Shown: positions 27,601 through 37,372 of the stretch, in pieces | Layout: each line of letters begins with the position of its first letter | How positions within the stretch are numbered: the stretch's first letter is position 1 | Assembly (NCBI GenBank): GCA_977020255.1 | Contig: CDROCS010002946.1 | Span: forward strand, 186,001 to 250,000 | Reading direction: 5' to 3' | DNA from: Obrimoposthia wandeli | Lineage: Eukaryota | DNA length: 64,000 nucleotides | Made by a program: the position numbers and the translations under genes | Notes under the pieces: generated by a model | The model's database searches: none | The model's input: only the letters and a program-made list of their open reading frames with translations | Told to the model about the DNA's origin: nothing

Positions 27601-29241
27601 CAAGTCTAGCAAAGTCTCAGTTCCCAATCTCTTGTCATCTTGGTGTTCATCCAGCGTTACAGTTCACGAATCGAGAACTCACATTGTACTTGCCGTAGGC
27701 ACAGGCGAGCTCCAGAGCAGTCCGCTGTTCGCGGTTGACTGCAGTCACGTCAGCGTTGTATCGCAACAGTAGATGAACCTGCCAATGCGGAGTCAGTCAT
27801 GACACACTCCTCCGTACTCTCCAAATAGTCTGATTCAGAACAAAGCCCCATGACGACTTTACAGCAAAACCGCTATTTACCTTACATATATGAAGATTGA
27901 AGTTGGATTAGTAGGAATTAGATTGTAGTTCTTCTTCAAATTCGTGGTACACATTTAAATATATCGCCACAATAATAGAAAGAATCCGGTTGGATGTGAT
28001 TTGGGGCATCGAAGTGGGTTTAAAGAAGTTGTCAACTGGTATACGGCTAAGTGCATCTTTACTTTCAATTTTTACAACTGGATTTCAGAACATTTTCACC
28101 GTACACATCTTAAAATCCGTTTTTGAACCTTCAAATATACAAAGAAACGAATATATCGTCCTTGATTCAAAGTAGAGCTCCCAGAAAGTAAATAACATTA
28201 CAAATTATATTTATATTGCTAATCAAAAGTTTTATGAAGCGGTTCTACATTACACAATTAAAAATCAAATTAAAACTGTACTGAAAAGTGCAAATCTCAA
28301 AATCGCGTCAGAATTTGTCTGAAGAAGCTGTGCTGATGTTAACACCTTCGACTACCTCTTCTAGATTAGATATGGCAATGTAATGCCATGGGCCTTCCAG
28401 ATAGGCTGACCCTTCTGAACTATCGCTGCCACTCATTTTCAGATTAAAGAAAGTTGAATCAATTTCACGATATTTAAAAGAACACTTCCCTGGTTTCCCA
28501 TTGAAGCAGGGATGAAATTATCACTGGTGTTGGTAGATATTGCTTAAAAGGCAGCTAAATCTGCGGCGAGACAATGAAGAAGATAGACCAATCTTAGTCA
28601 GAGCGTCAAAAGGTTCAGAAGATCGTCTATTCAGAAGGAACATATCCAGAGGCTCCTGAAGACGTGCTTGTTGGAGAGATTGTCCGGTGCCGAACAACTG
28701 GCGAGAGGAAGCGAGTGCGAGGAGCGAGTTTGTCAGCTCGATTGCAATGTCTGAGCCGCCAGATAAACAAAGGAACCTTTCTCGTCTCAAGAATGATATC
28801 AACCGACAAAAGTGTCAATAGTTCTAATTAATCGCTAATAAAACATTCTACTACAAAATGGGGTTATCATTTAAGGCACCGATACTCTGATTAAGGCTTA
28901 CAGCGTTTGTAATGCGACTAAACTAACTAAGATGTCACACAAACCCTACGGAAACGCGCACAGAATCTACCAAAATACAGAAACACGCTCTTACAATCTC
29001 GGCGTAGCCGTACATGGCCGCTAGATGAAGCGGAGTGAGATGCTCGGCCACATTGATGCGACTGCAACTGGATCCGCTCTGCAGCAGACGCTCCACGATC
29101 TTGTAGTGGCCCTCTGCACACGCGTAGCTCACCGGACGCAGGCCATGCAAGTCGTACACCTCAAACGGTGCTCCACTCTGCAGCAGAGTCTCCAGGATCT
29201 CCCAGTTTCCATTCCGAGCGGCATGGTGAGCCACTGTCAAT
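3258..29241 (-). CDS. CASKIN: Caskin-like ankyrin-SH3-SAM-SAM scaffold protein, multi-exon, partial
   Basis: GT-AG exons with consistent phases: 29241-28995, 27778-27683, 26564-26392, 24618-24243, 18104-17999, 17753-17671, 11016-10774, 6774-6380, 5747-5603, 4477-4339, 3668-3258. SAM1 ...AAGYDLPTLSKATPEDLNASGIT and SAM2 [24 protein letters not shown] match Caskin signatures recalled from memory ([35 protein letters not shown]). First and last exons were not found. Confidence 0.85.
4339..4477 (-). CDS. CASKIN: Caskin-like exon: SAM2 core
   Basis: [46 protein letters not shown](G); acceptor ttcctgcag|, donor |gtatgt. Confidence 0.88.
5603..5747 (-). CDS. CASKIN: Caskin-like exon: SAM1 second half
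   Basis: YDLPTLSKATPEDLNASGITSPQDRQFLKNHL; acceptor tgtccag|, donor |gtacgt. Confidence 0.88.
6380..6774 (-). CDS. CASKIN: Caskin-like exon: acidic/poly-Q linker plus SAM1 start
   Basis: D/E tract, poly-Q, SLDSGRGS, then WLRYIGLPSVCAAQLVAAG; donor |gtgagt in phase 2 matches the next exon. Confidence 0.85.
7010..7675. repeat. Minisatellite, ~32-bp unit, ~20 copies (intronic)
   Basis: Unit AAAAAATACTTGAAATATCAACAACAAATCTC with small length variants. Confidence 0.95.
9961..10352. repeat. Tandem repeat, 49-bp unit, ~8 near-identical copies (intronic)
   Basis: Unit TTTTGGACATCACGCATGTATTAGCATTGTAGTTATCTCAGCAGTTGAA; period 49. Confidence 0.95.
10774..11016 (-). CDS. CASKIN: Caskin-like exon: SH3 second half
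   Basis: VLRQYHNGLAKGYVTSDGISGTGLLPVHCVEY (cf. Caskin VLEQHPDGRWKG...GYFP). Acceptor tgtgcag|. The donor |gtaggg is less certain. Confidence 0.7.
17671..17753 (-). CDS. CASKIN: Caskin-like exon: SH3 first half
   Basis: (E)ACFAVQARAILSFARETISFNVGDLIT|gtgagt; aligns with Caskin ALQVRA...KAGDIIT|VLEQ. Too short to appear in the ORF track. Confidence 0.8.
17999..18104 (-). CDS. CASKIN: Caskin-like exon preceding SH3
   Basis: IDVPNTPSAVPCHPPTLDDADHVLSYSTDLRQNLR(E); acceptor cattgcag|, phase-1 donor |gtgggg fits the next exon. Confidence 0.6.
20393..20492. repeat. 50-bp direct duplication
   Basis: TTCCTACCGTATATTTCCACCC(T/C)TCACATCAAAGTTTAGGGGGTGTTAGA twice in tandem. Confidence 0.9.
22480..22680 (+). 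mobile_element. LINE (CR1/L2-like) post-RT C-terminal remnant
   Basis: Translates VQMIQGGAARLVLSMHKNRESMKSQLKELGW and NLPAYLSDLI, resembling L2/CR1-group LQxxQNAAARLV...LKELHWLP...PxYLSxL. Confidence 0.5.
24243..24618 (-). CDS. CASKIN: Caskin-like exon: Gly/Ser/His/Gln low-complexity insert
   Basis: Acceptor ctctgtcacag|G completes an AG|G codon from the upstream exon; donor AAG|gtgagt. Confidence 0.75.
26392..26564 (-). CDS. CASKIN: Caskin-like exon: end of ankyrin repeat 4 plus linker
   Basis: VINLLLAYTNQSKS...; acceptor ttcttgcag|, donor |gtgggt (phase 2). Confidence 0.8.
27683..27778 (-). CDS. CASKIN: Caskin-like exon: ankyrin repeat
   Basis: VHLLLRYNADVTAVNREQRTALELACAYGKYN; 96 nt, phase 0/0, donor |gtgagt. 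Confidence 0.88.
28995..29241 (-). CDS. CASKIN: Caskin-like exon: ankyrin repeats 1-3
   Basis: LTVAHHAARNGNWEILETLL...GLRPVSYACAEG...HLTPLHLAAMYGYAEI|gtaaga. Confidence 0.9.
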
Positions 29242-30430
29242 CTGAATAACTTTACTACACATAAGCATCGAAAATCGCATTACCCATAGCTGTCTCGAGA
29301 GTCAAAATCCAATTTCTTAGTTTTGGTCTTTAGAGATTCTATAGAAAAATAATAAATTTTTTCTGAGTATAAAAAAACTTTGTTTAGCAAATTTTTCCAA
29401 AACTTTGATAACATTTGACACATTGTTACTTTTTACAGCAGTTAAAAGTTTATTTTCTTTGACCATTACAGCATTACTAATAAAATACTTCTATAATAAC
29501 TTCTGTAATTAGTTTAGAAAAATATATCTTGAAAGAATTTAAAAGTGTGATTAGTTTAACTTTAGTCAATGATGCAATAAAACACTTAATTTATTATACT
29601 TTAATTTTTTTGTTAATTGATTATGTAATTGTTAAATATAAAAATAAAAACAAAAATTGATTTTATTTCCTATTTTTATATAAATTATATTGATTTAATA
29701 AATAAAAAATTAAATGCATCCATAGTTGTAAATGTATACATTTTTTAAAATTTGATTTTGTTAATTAATGAATATTTTAAGTTAACTACAACCAAATATT
29801 TAACAATTATCTGTATTTTTCTTATTTTCACTTCTAAGGTATTATTAACCAAATTTATTTTAAAAATTTGTTGATTTTGTCTTTATAAAAACGTCTTGTA
29901 TTAACAAAAATAAAAAGTTCTGTAAAACAACCTAAAAAAGAATTTTCTACACCCATAATTTCTAAACCAAAACTAAATTTAATCCCTGAAGAATTTAATG
30001 ATATGACAAATAAAATTATTGAGTTGTATGAGTTAACTATGGAACAAACCATAAACACAAATCCGATAAGAGATAATGAATTAATAAATACACCAGAGAG
30101 TGTGAAGATAGTGAACAAATCAACAATCACGTATTTATCATAAATAAAGTAAAAACATGTTAGAAAGTGATGAAAATAATGAAACAGATATTGAATCTAT
30201 TTTAGATAAACTTCAAAAAGTAGAACCTAATAATTTAAAATAAGATATAACCAAATTAGCAGAGATTTCAGGTGACATGTCAGAACACAGATGAATGTTC
30301 ATTTTGTTATGCAGCAGTAATTTTGTTACAGAAATATGATAAATATGTAAAACAGGTAGACCGTGAAGCATCCTTACCAGTGTTCACTAAAGTGAATGAT
30401 GGTAGAGAGAATAGAGTCAAAATGAACATT

Positions 30431-30835
30431 TGTTAGGATTAGAAATTTAATATTTTTTGAAAATAATTATTATTTATATAAGAATATAAAAACTTTGAAA
30501 GCAAGGTTAAAAAGAATAAATAATTAAATTAGAATTAAAATTAAATATAATAAAATCAAAAAAGTATTTTATGACCTTGAAGAAGTCAAGTGTTTAATGC
30601 GTTATATATAAGAAAGTTGTAATAAAATAAAGGGTACCAGTGTAGAAACCAAGAACGAAAATTAACAAAGAAAAGCTGAAGAGGAAAATCAATTAACAAT
30701 AATTTTGGAAAATTAATTGAAATCAATTCTGCTGCTGAGAATAAAGCAGCTGTCGGCCACTAAGTGCACAAGATTCGCAGACACCATCCATTACGACTGG
30801 GAACAAAGCAGCCGTCATCGTAATCAAGGTAAGAA
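30431..30835 (+). repeat. LTR-like direct repeat, copy 1
   Basis: Starts TGTTAGG. Shares collinear blocks (TTGAAAGCAAGGTT, TATATAAG, AGCAGCTG, CCGTC) with 34839-35245; clearly diverged. Confidence 0.5.
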
Positions 30836-32129
30836 TTACTCAGCTTCCATTAAGCTAATTGTTTCTTTTTCAGAGATAATTGTATAAAAGCAAGAATAAG
30901 AAGAAATTTGGAATTATATAAGAAGCCGACATAAATTGGAAGTTGAGAGTAGAGAAAATAAAAAAATAATCAGAAGTAGAAGAGTCGCGAACAGGTATAT
31001 AATTGCTCATTTTGAATTGATTTGAACCCAGTAAAATTGGTTGGCTTATTTTGAAAATATAAGAAGTAAAATAATATCGAATTAGAAAAAGCTATCGGGA
31101 CAAGAATATTGTGACATAGAAGCAGAAAAAACCTTAAAAATATACGACTTATTAGCTACTACCAATAAATCTTGCACGACTTCGGTCGACAATGTTAATG
31201 AAGCTTGGCAAAGAATAGAAGAAACACAAATAGTTAATGATATAGACTCAGTAGATTTAGACCCAACGGAAACTGTAAATGAACAAGTGACAAACAATAA
31301 TATTCTTCAACTTGGAGAAGAAATTGAAATAATTTTATTTAAATTATTAGAAGGAAATTCAGGAAGAGGTTAAAAATCCAAATGTAGAACCAACGAGAGA
31401 ATAAATAGAACTTATAAATGTAAACGATTTAGAAAAAAATTATGAGAAACAGAATAATGCCGTCACAGAACTGAAAGTGAATTTTTCTCAAGACAACCAA
31501 AAGACAGGAAAGAAAACCAAACATTAAGATATATTTTTACGGACAACACCAATGAGCAGACTCGTACGAGATATATAGACAGAGTAACACAAGCACTCAG
31601 AGATTACAGTGAAGAAAGACATGGAGGACGAAGTGGTGAAACAGCAGATAGTTCAATAAACTCTAAAAAATTGGTGACAAATATCTTCAAATCATTAAAT
31701 CCAAAAGTATTTATATCATACAAAAATAAAATAACTGATATTAGTGAAACATTAACCAATGTAATGAAAATATAGATACCGAACAAAACGAGAAATAAAT
31801 TCCTTCGGTTATCATTCATCAGTCGACAGAGGTCCTGATGGTAAAATATTGCAATTATTGTTAAGAGATGAGCCATCAAATATTATCGTATTTAATGAAT
31901 CCATTATCTAAGAGAACTATTCAAGCTGACAACATGAACAGAGGAATAGATGAAGCTGCATTTCTGATCGAATACGTCATGGAACAATGGATTAATGACA
32001 ACAGAGCATGAAATAGTCTGAACGAATATGCAAAATCGATAATCTACAGATTTACAGAAGAAAACGACGACACTGGACAAGCTGTAGGAAATATATATAA
32101 TTTTTATATTCGGGAAACGAGACAAAATC

Positions 32130-33900
32130 GCAATAGAGACATGGTTAATCAGACGGGAACCTTGATGGTTATGATGATAATGATGATGTTGATTGGAATA
32201 CATCAGAGCTCTGCGATTAGCGCGTACAATTGTAACGCACCGACAAATAGAACAAAGTATTCGCTGTTAGATAGTGAAGATTGTCCAGAATCACAACTGT
32301 CTAAAAATAACAAAAACTGATGAAATTAACTATAATGAGTATCAGGAAGCAGAATTAATTAAAACATAAGTAAAATAATGAACGATAAAAGAGTTTTGTA
32401 GTCTTATTGCGGTCAACACAGTCCCAAGTCACTCGGAAGTTTGTAAGATAGCTTTTCGTAATAGAAAAATGAGGATAGATTCAGAATATGATTCGGCTTC
32501 TACACCAGGAGTACGAAGATACCAGACTGTCCTAAGACTAGGTGCATTGAAACCAGACGGAGCATGTACTGGTGAAAGTATAATAATAAAAGGAACGACA
32601 GTAAAATCTGTTACGAGCATAAACTTATTTTGTTGAATTGAAAACATGGATAGCTAATTTTGATACATAAAAATAAAAATTATGAAATATTCCAAGTGTT
32701 TAGTTAACAGAATATCTTTTAATTAACTCTATTGTACAAAATTAATCCGTATCAGTGTTCACTAACACATCTCAAAGAAGTAATTTTTGAGAAAATAGAA
32801 GGTTTTACATACAAAAATGGGGAGTACAATTCACAAACAAATCACAAACATACACAACAAAAACGTACACATCTGCTTTAGTATACATGTACACATTCAC
32901 TACATTATTAGCAATGATTTATATGGAAATATCACATCAAACGTGCGTACCCTGTAAATATTCCGAATGGATTTATGAAAATATAAATTCAATAGCCATT
33001 AACACCACCAAAGAAGTCCTATTGTATCTAGATAATGAAATAGTAGACAACATAATCGACACTAACCCAAGGACAAGGAGAAATGGAATTTCACAGCATA
33101 AACGCAAAATCCGACAGTAACAAAATCAACCAGACATATATAAAGCATATGTAATAGACGATGACTTAATTAAAGCTGAAACAATTGAAAACGTAGTAGT
33201 ATGGATAAACGAAGAAGAGATTCCGTCAAGAATAAGAGCACGCATAAGCAAAGGAAGAATCCAAATAAAGAACATTAACGTCAAAATGATTATCAGAAAA
33301 TCGGAAATAGAAGACATGCTTAGTATCGACAGAGGAGATGGACAGAGATTCAGCGAGAAAACACTCATAAATGGAAGAAATGTATATACCACTTAGTAAT
33401 TGAATACATAGCACAAGCATTACCAATATACATACTCACACAACTCATACCTAAAGCAATTGAAAATAGAATACATTCAGAATCCATGAATATAATTTAT
33501 TTGTGTGAGATTTGGAAAATCAACTAATTATAATCCGAACCGAGCCTAGTATTTTTTTCCCCTATGGTTTCAAGTATGGGAGACTGTCCAAATCAAATTT
33601 CTATGTATAAGATAAGATAAGAAAACCCACCAGGTTACAACCACAAGCAGAAATAAACTAAACAGTCCTATGTGACAGATACTATTTAGGACAGAATAAG
33701 ATATTTTTAATTAGCAATGTAGACGAATCTAACGCAAACGTTAGTAATAATTAAAACCAGACAATTAATAGTTAAAAATGAACATAAGTGAATGAACATA
33801 ACCCACTTAACAATTACCACAGTTACAGCCATTATAGTACTAAGTATTCTCATAATAATGTGTTGTATTCGAAAATGAATAAGGAAACACGTAAATTCCA
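32130..33900 (+). pseudogene. Decayed viral-type envelope glycoprotein, chuvirus-G-like
   Basis: Hydrophobic signal LMVMMIMMMLIGIHQSSA, then ISAYNCNAPTNRTKYSLLDSEDCP, then HSEVCKIAF and LGALKPDGACTGESI. C-terminal TM ITTVTAIIVLSILIIMCCIRK near 33800-33870. Many stops and frameshifts. Confidence 0.55.
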
Positions 33901-34838
33901 TAATGACAATAAGCGCAGTTTGGAACACAAACCTATCGAATACAACCGTTAATTACCCCCACCATCGATGTTTGATAAATCAGTGCCAATATACAAATCT
34001 ACGTTATATGATCACATAGGAAACCAATCATATTTTTCTGAGTCAACAATATTCAACAGTTCATTCAAAGTAACCGAAGTAATGATCATGATGATGATAA
34101 TCACTCTGTTGTCACAAAACACTCAAGCAATGCCTGAATTCATATGCAGTATTAGAAGAACACATACGCATTTCAAAATAAACCTACCCAGCATAGAACC
34201 AAAACATGTAGTAATGATATTTGTCAAAACATTTGGTTCAGGAAGTGTATAAAATACCCCGATAAGAGTTTTTAGCAATAAGTTAACATACAAACGCCAA
34301 GAAATTAAAGCAATCAAACAACCACTGGAAAACCTCATAACCGCAGACACCAGATTAAGATAACTCAACACAATCATAGATCACATTCGTCCAGAATTAT
34401 CAATTCTCCCATATAATAAACGTATCAAATCTACTACTGATAAGATACAAATTTAAAAAGATTCAACTTGAGAACTAAACAAAAACCTATCTCAAAGGAT
34501 ATTGATTTTCATCTTGAACAAACATTATATTACACCGAAACAGTAATCATAACATGTCCTAAAGCGAAAGGAGACGTACATCCGAAACCTCACACTAAAG
34601 CAACAATGAAACAACCCACATTAGATTGTGAATATCTACGATTTAACATACCTTTAAATTTGACATATTGATAATATACGATCAAATAGGAATACTTTAC
34701 ACACTATCCCTAAATGTTAAGACGAACCATTGGTCTGGAGAAGATCAGCCCATGAATTGTACACACACGCATAACAAATAAATTGAGCCCAAACCACAGC
34801 AAGAACCGAAAAGATAATCAACTTTAACTCTATCCCAT

Positions 34839-35245
34839 TGTTAGGTTTAGGAATTAGGAAATTAAAATAATTAGTCGATTTTATACTAAAATAAAAATCC
34901 TTGAAAGCAAGGTTGAAAATTAAATTAAATATTAATTTTAAAATTCAAAACTAAAATTATTGAAATTAAGATAAATATTAGGAGGACCACGAAGGTCGTG
35001 TATAGTGTGTGATATATAAGGTTAGAATTAATTACTACAAAAGTGCAAAAGGGAACAATATAGAAATCTGCTAACGTCAGCAGAAGAAAAAAAGAAAAAC
35101 TACGAACGTCAGCAGAAAATCAAAAAGTAAGCACATTTACGTGCAATTGATTTAAATTGAGTCAACTTAGCAGCTGCCGCCAAGCCCCGGACCTCGGACC
35201 TCAAGTGTGCTGATTGACAGCAAACCGTCGACTATATAAGTCGCT
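34839..35245 (+). repeat. LTR-like direct repeat, copy 2
   Basis: Starts TGTTAGG; homologous to 30431-30835. No clear polypurine tract upstream. Confidence 0.5.
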
Positions 35246-35350
35246 GAGATCTCCTACCAAGTGAACAAAAAACAGAATCAGCAGAGAATCTAGTAAGTAG
35301 AAATTTGGGTGATTTCATTTGTAATAAATTAGTTTAGATCACAAGTCGAT

Positions 35351-35559
35351 TTAGAAGAAGCTATCGTCCAACATATTTATCTAATTGCTTAGAAGAAGCT
35401 ATCGTCCAACATATTTATCTAATTGCTTAGAAGAAGCTATCGTCCAACATATTTATCTAATTGCTCAGAAGAAGCTATCGTCCAACATATTTATCTAATT
35501 GCTTAGAAGAAGCTATCGTCCAACATATTTATCTAATTGCTTAGAAGAAGCTATCGTCC
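35351..35559. repeat. Tandem repeat, 38-bp unit, ~5.5 copies
   Basis: Unit TTAGAAGAAGCTATCGTCCAACATATTTATCTAATTGC. Confidence 0.95.
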
Positions 35560-35689
35560 ATATTCGTCAACTACATTGTTGAAAAAGTTGCATTCGAAGA
35601 CGACCACACACTATTCGTCAAGAAATCAGCAGCGGATCCAGTGCCGAATCAGATTTTAGTTGCAGCATAGGTGAGAAAACTCTCTAAAA

Positions 35690-36595
35690 TATTCATTGTC
35701 CCTTGTTGACAATTAGGATAGATTCATTGTCCCTTGTTGACAATTAGGATAGATTCATTGTCCCTTGTTGACAATTAGGATAGATTCATTGTCCCTAGTT
35801 GACAATTAGGAATTGTTTCGAATTGTCTTTAATATTCATTGTCCATAGTTGACAATTAGGATTTGTCTTTAATATTCATTGTCCCTAGTTGACAATTAGG
35901 ATTTGTGTCTAATATTCATTGTCCCTAGTTGACAATTAGGAATTGTTTCGAATTTGTCTAATATTCATTGTCCCTAGTTGACAATTAGGAATTGTTTCGA
36001 AATTGTCTAATATTCATTGTCCCTAGTTGACAATTAGGAATTGTTTCGAATTTGTCTAATATTCATTGTCCCTAGTTGACAATTAGGAATTGTTTCGAAT
36101 TTGTGTCTAATATTCATTGTCCCTAGTTGACAATTCGGATCACATATTCATTGTCCCTAGTTGACAATTCGGATCACGTATTCATTGTCCCACGTTGACA
36201 ATTCGGATCGCATATTCATTGTCCCTCGTTGACAATTCGGATCGCATATTCATTGTCCCACGTTGACAATTAGGAATTGTTTCGAAATTGTCTAATATTC
36301 ATTGTCCCTAGTTGACAATTAGGAATTGTTTCGAATTTGTCTAATATTCATTGTCCCTAGTTGACAATTAGGAATTGTTTCGAATTTGTGTCTAATATTC
36401 ATTGTCCCTAGTTGACAATTCGGATCACATATTCATTGTCCCTAGTTGACAATTCGGATCACGTATTCATTGTCCCACGTTGACAATTCGGATCGCATAT
36501 TCATTGTCCCTCGTTGACAATTAGGATCGCATATTCATTGTCCATCGTTGACAATTAGGTTTTTATACGAATCATTGTCCACAGTTGACAATTCG
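35690..36595. repeat. Tandem array with palindromic core and a few alternative linkers (~two dozen units)
   Basis: Core ATATTCATTGTCCCTAGTTGACAATT(A/C)GGA contains ATTGTC-N7-GACAAT; linkers are reused variants. Confidence 0.92.
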
Positions 36596-37225
36596 CGTTT
36601 GAATTCACAACAATAGAATTTGCCGAGTCAAGAAAGCTTTACCCACACGTTCTAAGTTAAGTTGAAGAAGTTTTAAGAGAGTTGTGTTATAAATTAACCA
36701 ACCTAGGAAGAAGATTTGCATCCGCACCTTTATCGTCATAAGAATAAAGGTTTAACCCCAAAATTCAAGCCGATAGCAAAGTAAAATTATTAAGAAATCT
36801 ATAACGCGAGCTTATTCTCGAGTTAGAAGAATAACTCGAAATCTCGATCACCCCGAACGTAAAATCGATACGTGGTTCATCCCCACTTGTTGTAGAGACT
36901 TACAGAAGTCTTAGGAATTTTTACTATACTTTTTAGAAAATACGTACATAAACGTATTGTTGTGTTTAGTTTCGTGAATTACCAATAAACGATTTCCTAC
37001 ATTAGAACAAGTTGTTTTTGCACCCTTCAGATTAAGAGACGTCAAATCAAACACCTTCAGATAGTACAAGAGATAGGCAACCATAACACTAAGTAGGCCA
37101 CGACCAACTTTAAGACCTGCTTCTATTCGAACTCACGTTGGGGCCCTCCGCATTCAAGAGGATCTGTACAAGTTTCGTATAGAAACCCCAACACCATTAC
37201 TAAAATCACCTAAACAATCAATTTA

Positions 37226-37372
37226 TGATAAAGTTAAACAAGTAAAAACTATAATTGTTGTAAATAAACCCATTAAAACTCAGAAACAAAGCAATAATGA
37301 TAAAGTTAAACAAGTAAAAACTATAATTGTTGTAAATAAACCCATTAAAACTCAGAAACAAAGCAATAATAG
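37226..37372. repeat. 72-bp direct duplication
   Basis: GATAAAGTTAAACAAGTAAAAACTATAATTG...GCAATAAT twice (37228 and 37300). Confidence 0.9.

Noticed and set aside
29855-33928. Hydrophobic minus-strand ORFs (29855-30130, 31082-31297, 31604-31879, 33126-33392, 33707-33928) as membrane proteins
   Set aside because: They are antisense shadows of A-rich plus-strand retroelement coding sequence.
35690-36595. CRISPR array (palindromic ~30-bp repeat with intervening sequence)
   Set aside because: The linkers are short, reused and not unique spacers; there are no cas genes; the context is eukaryotic.
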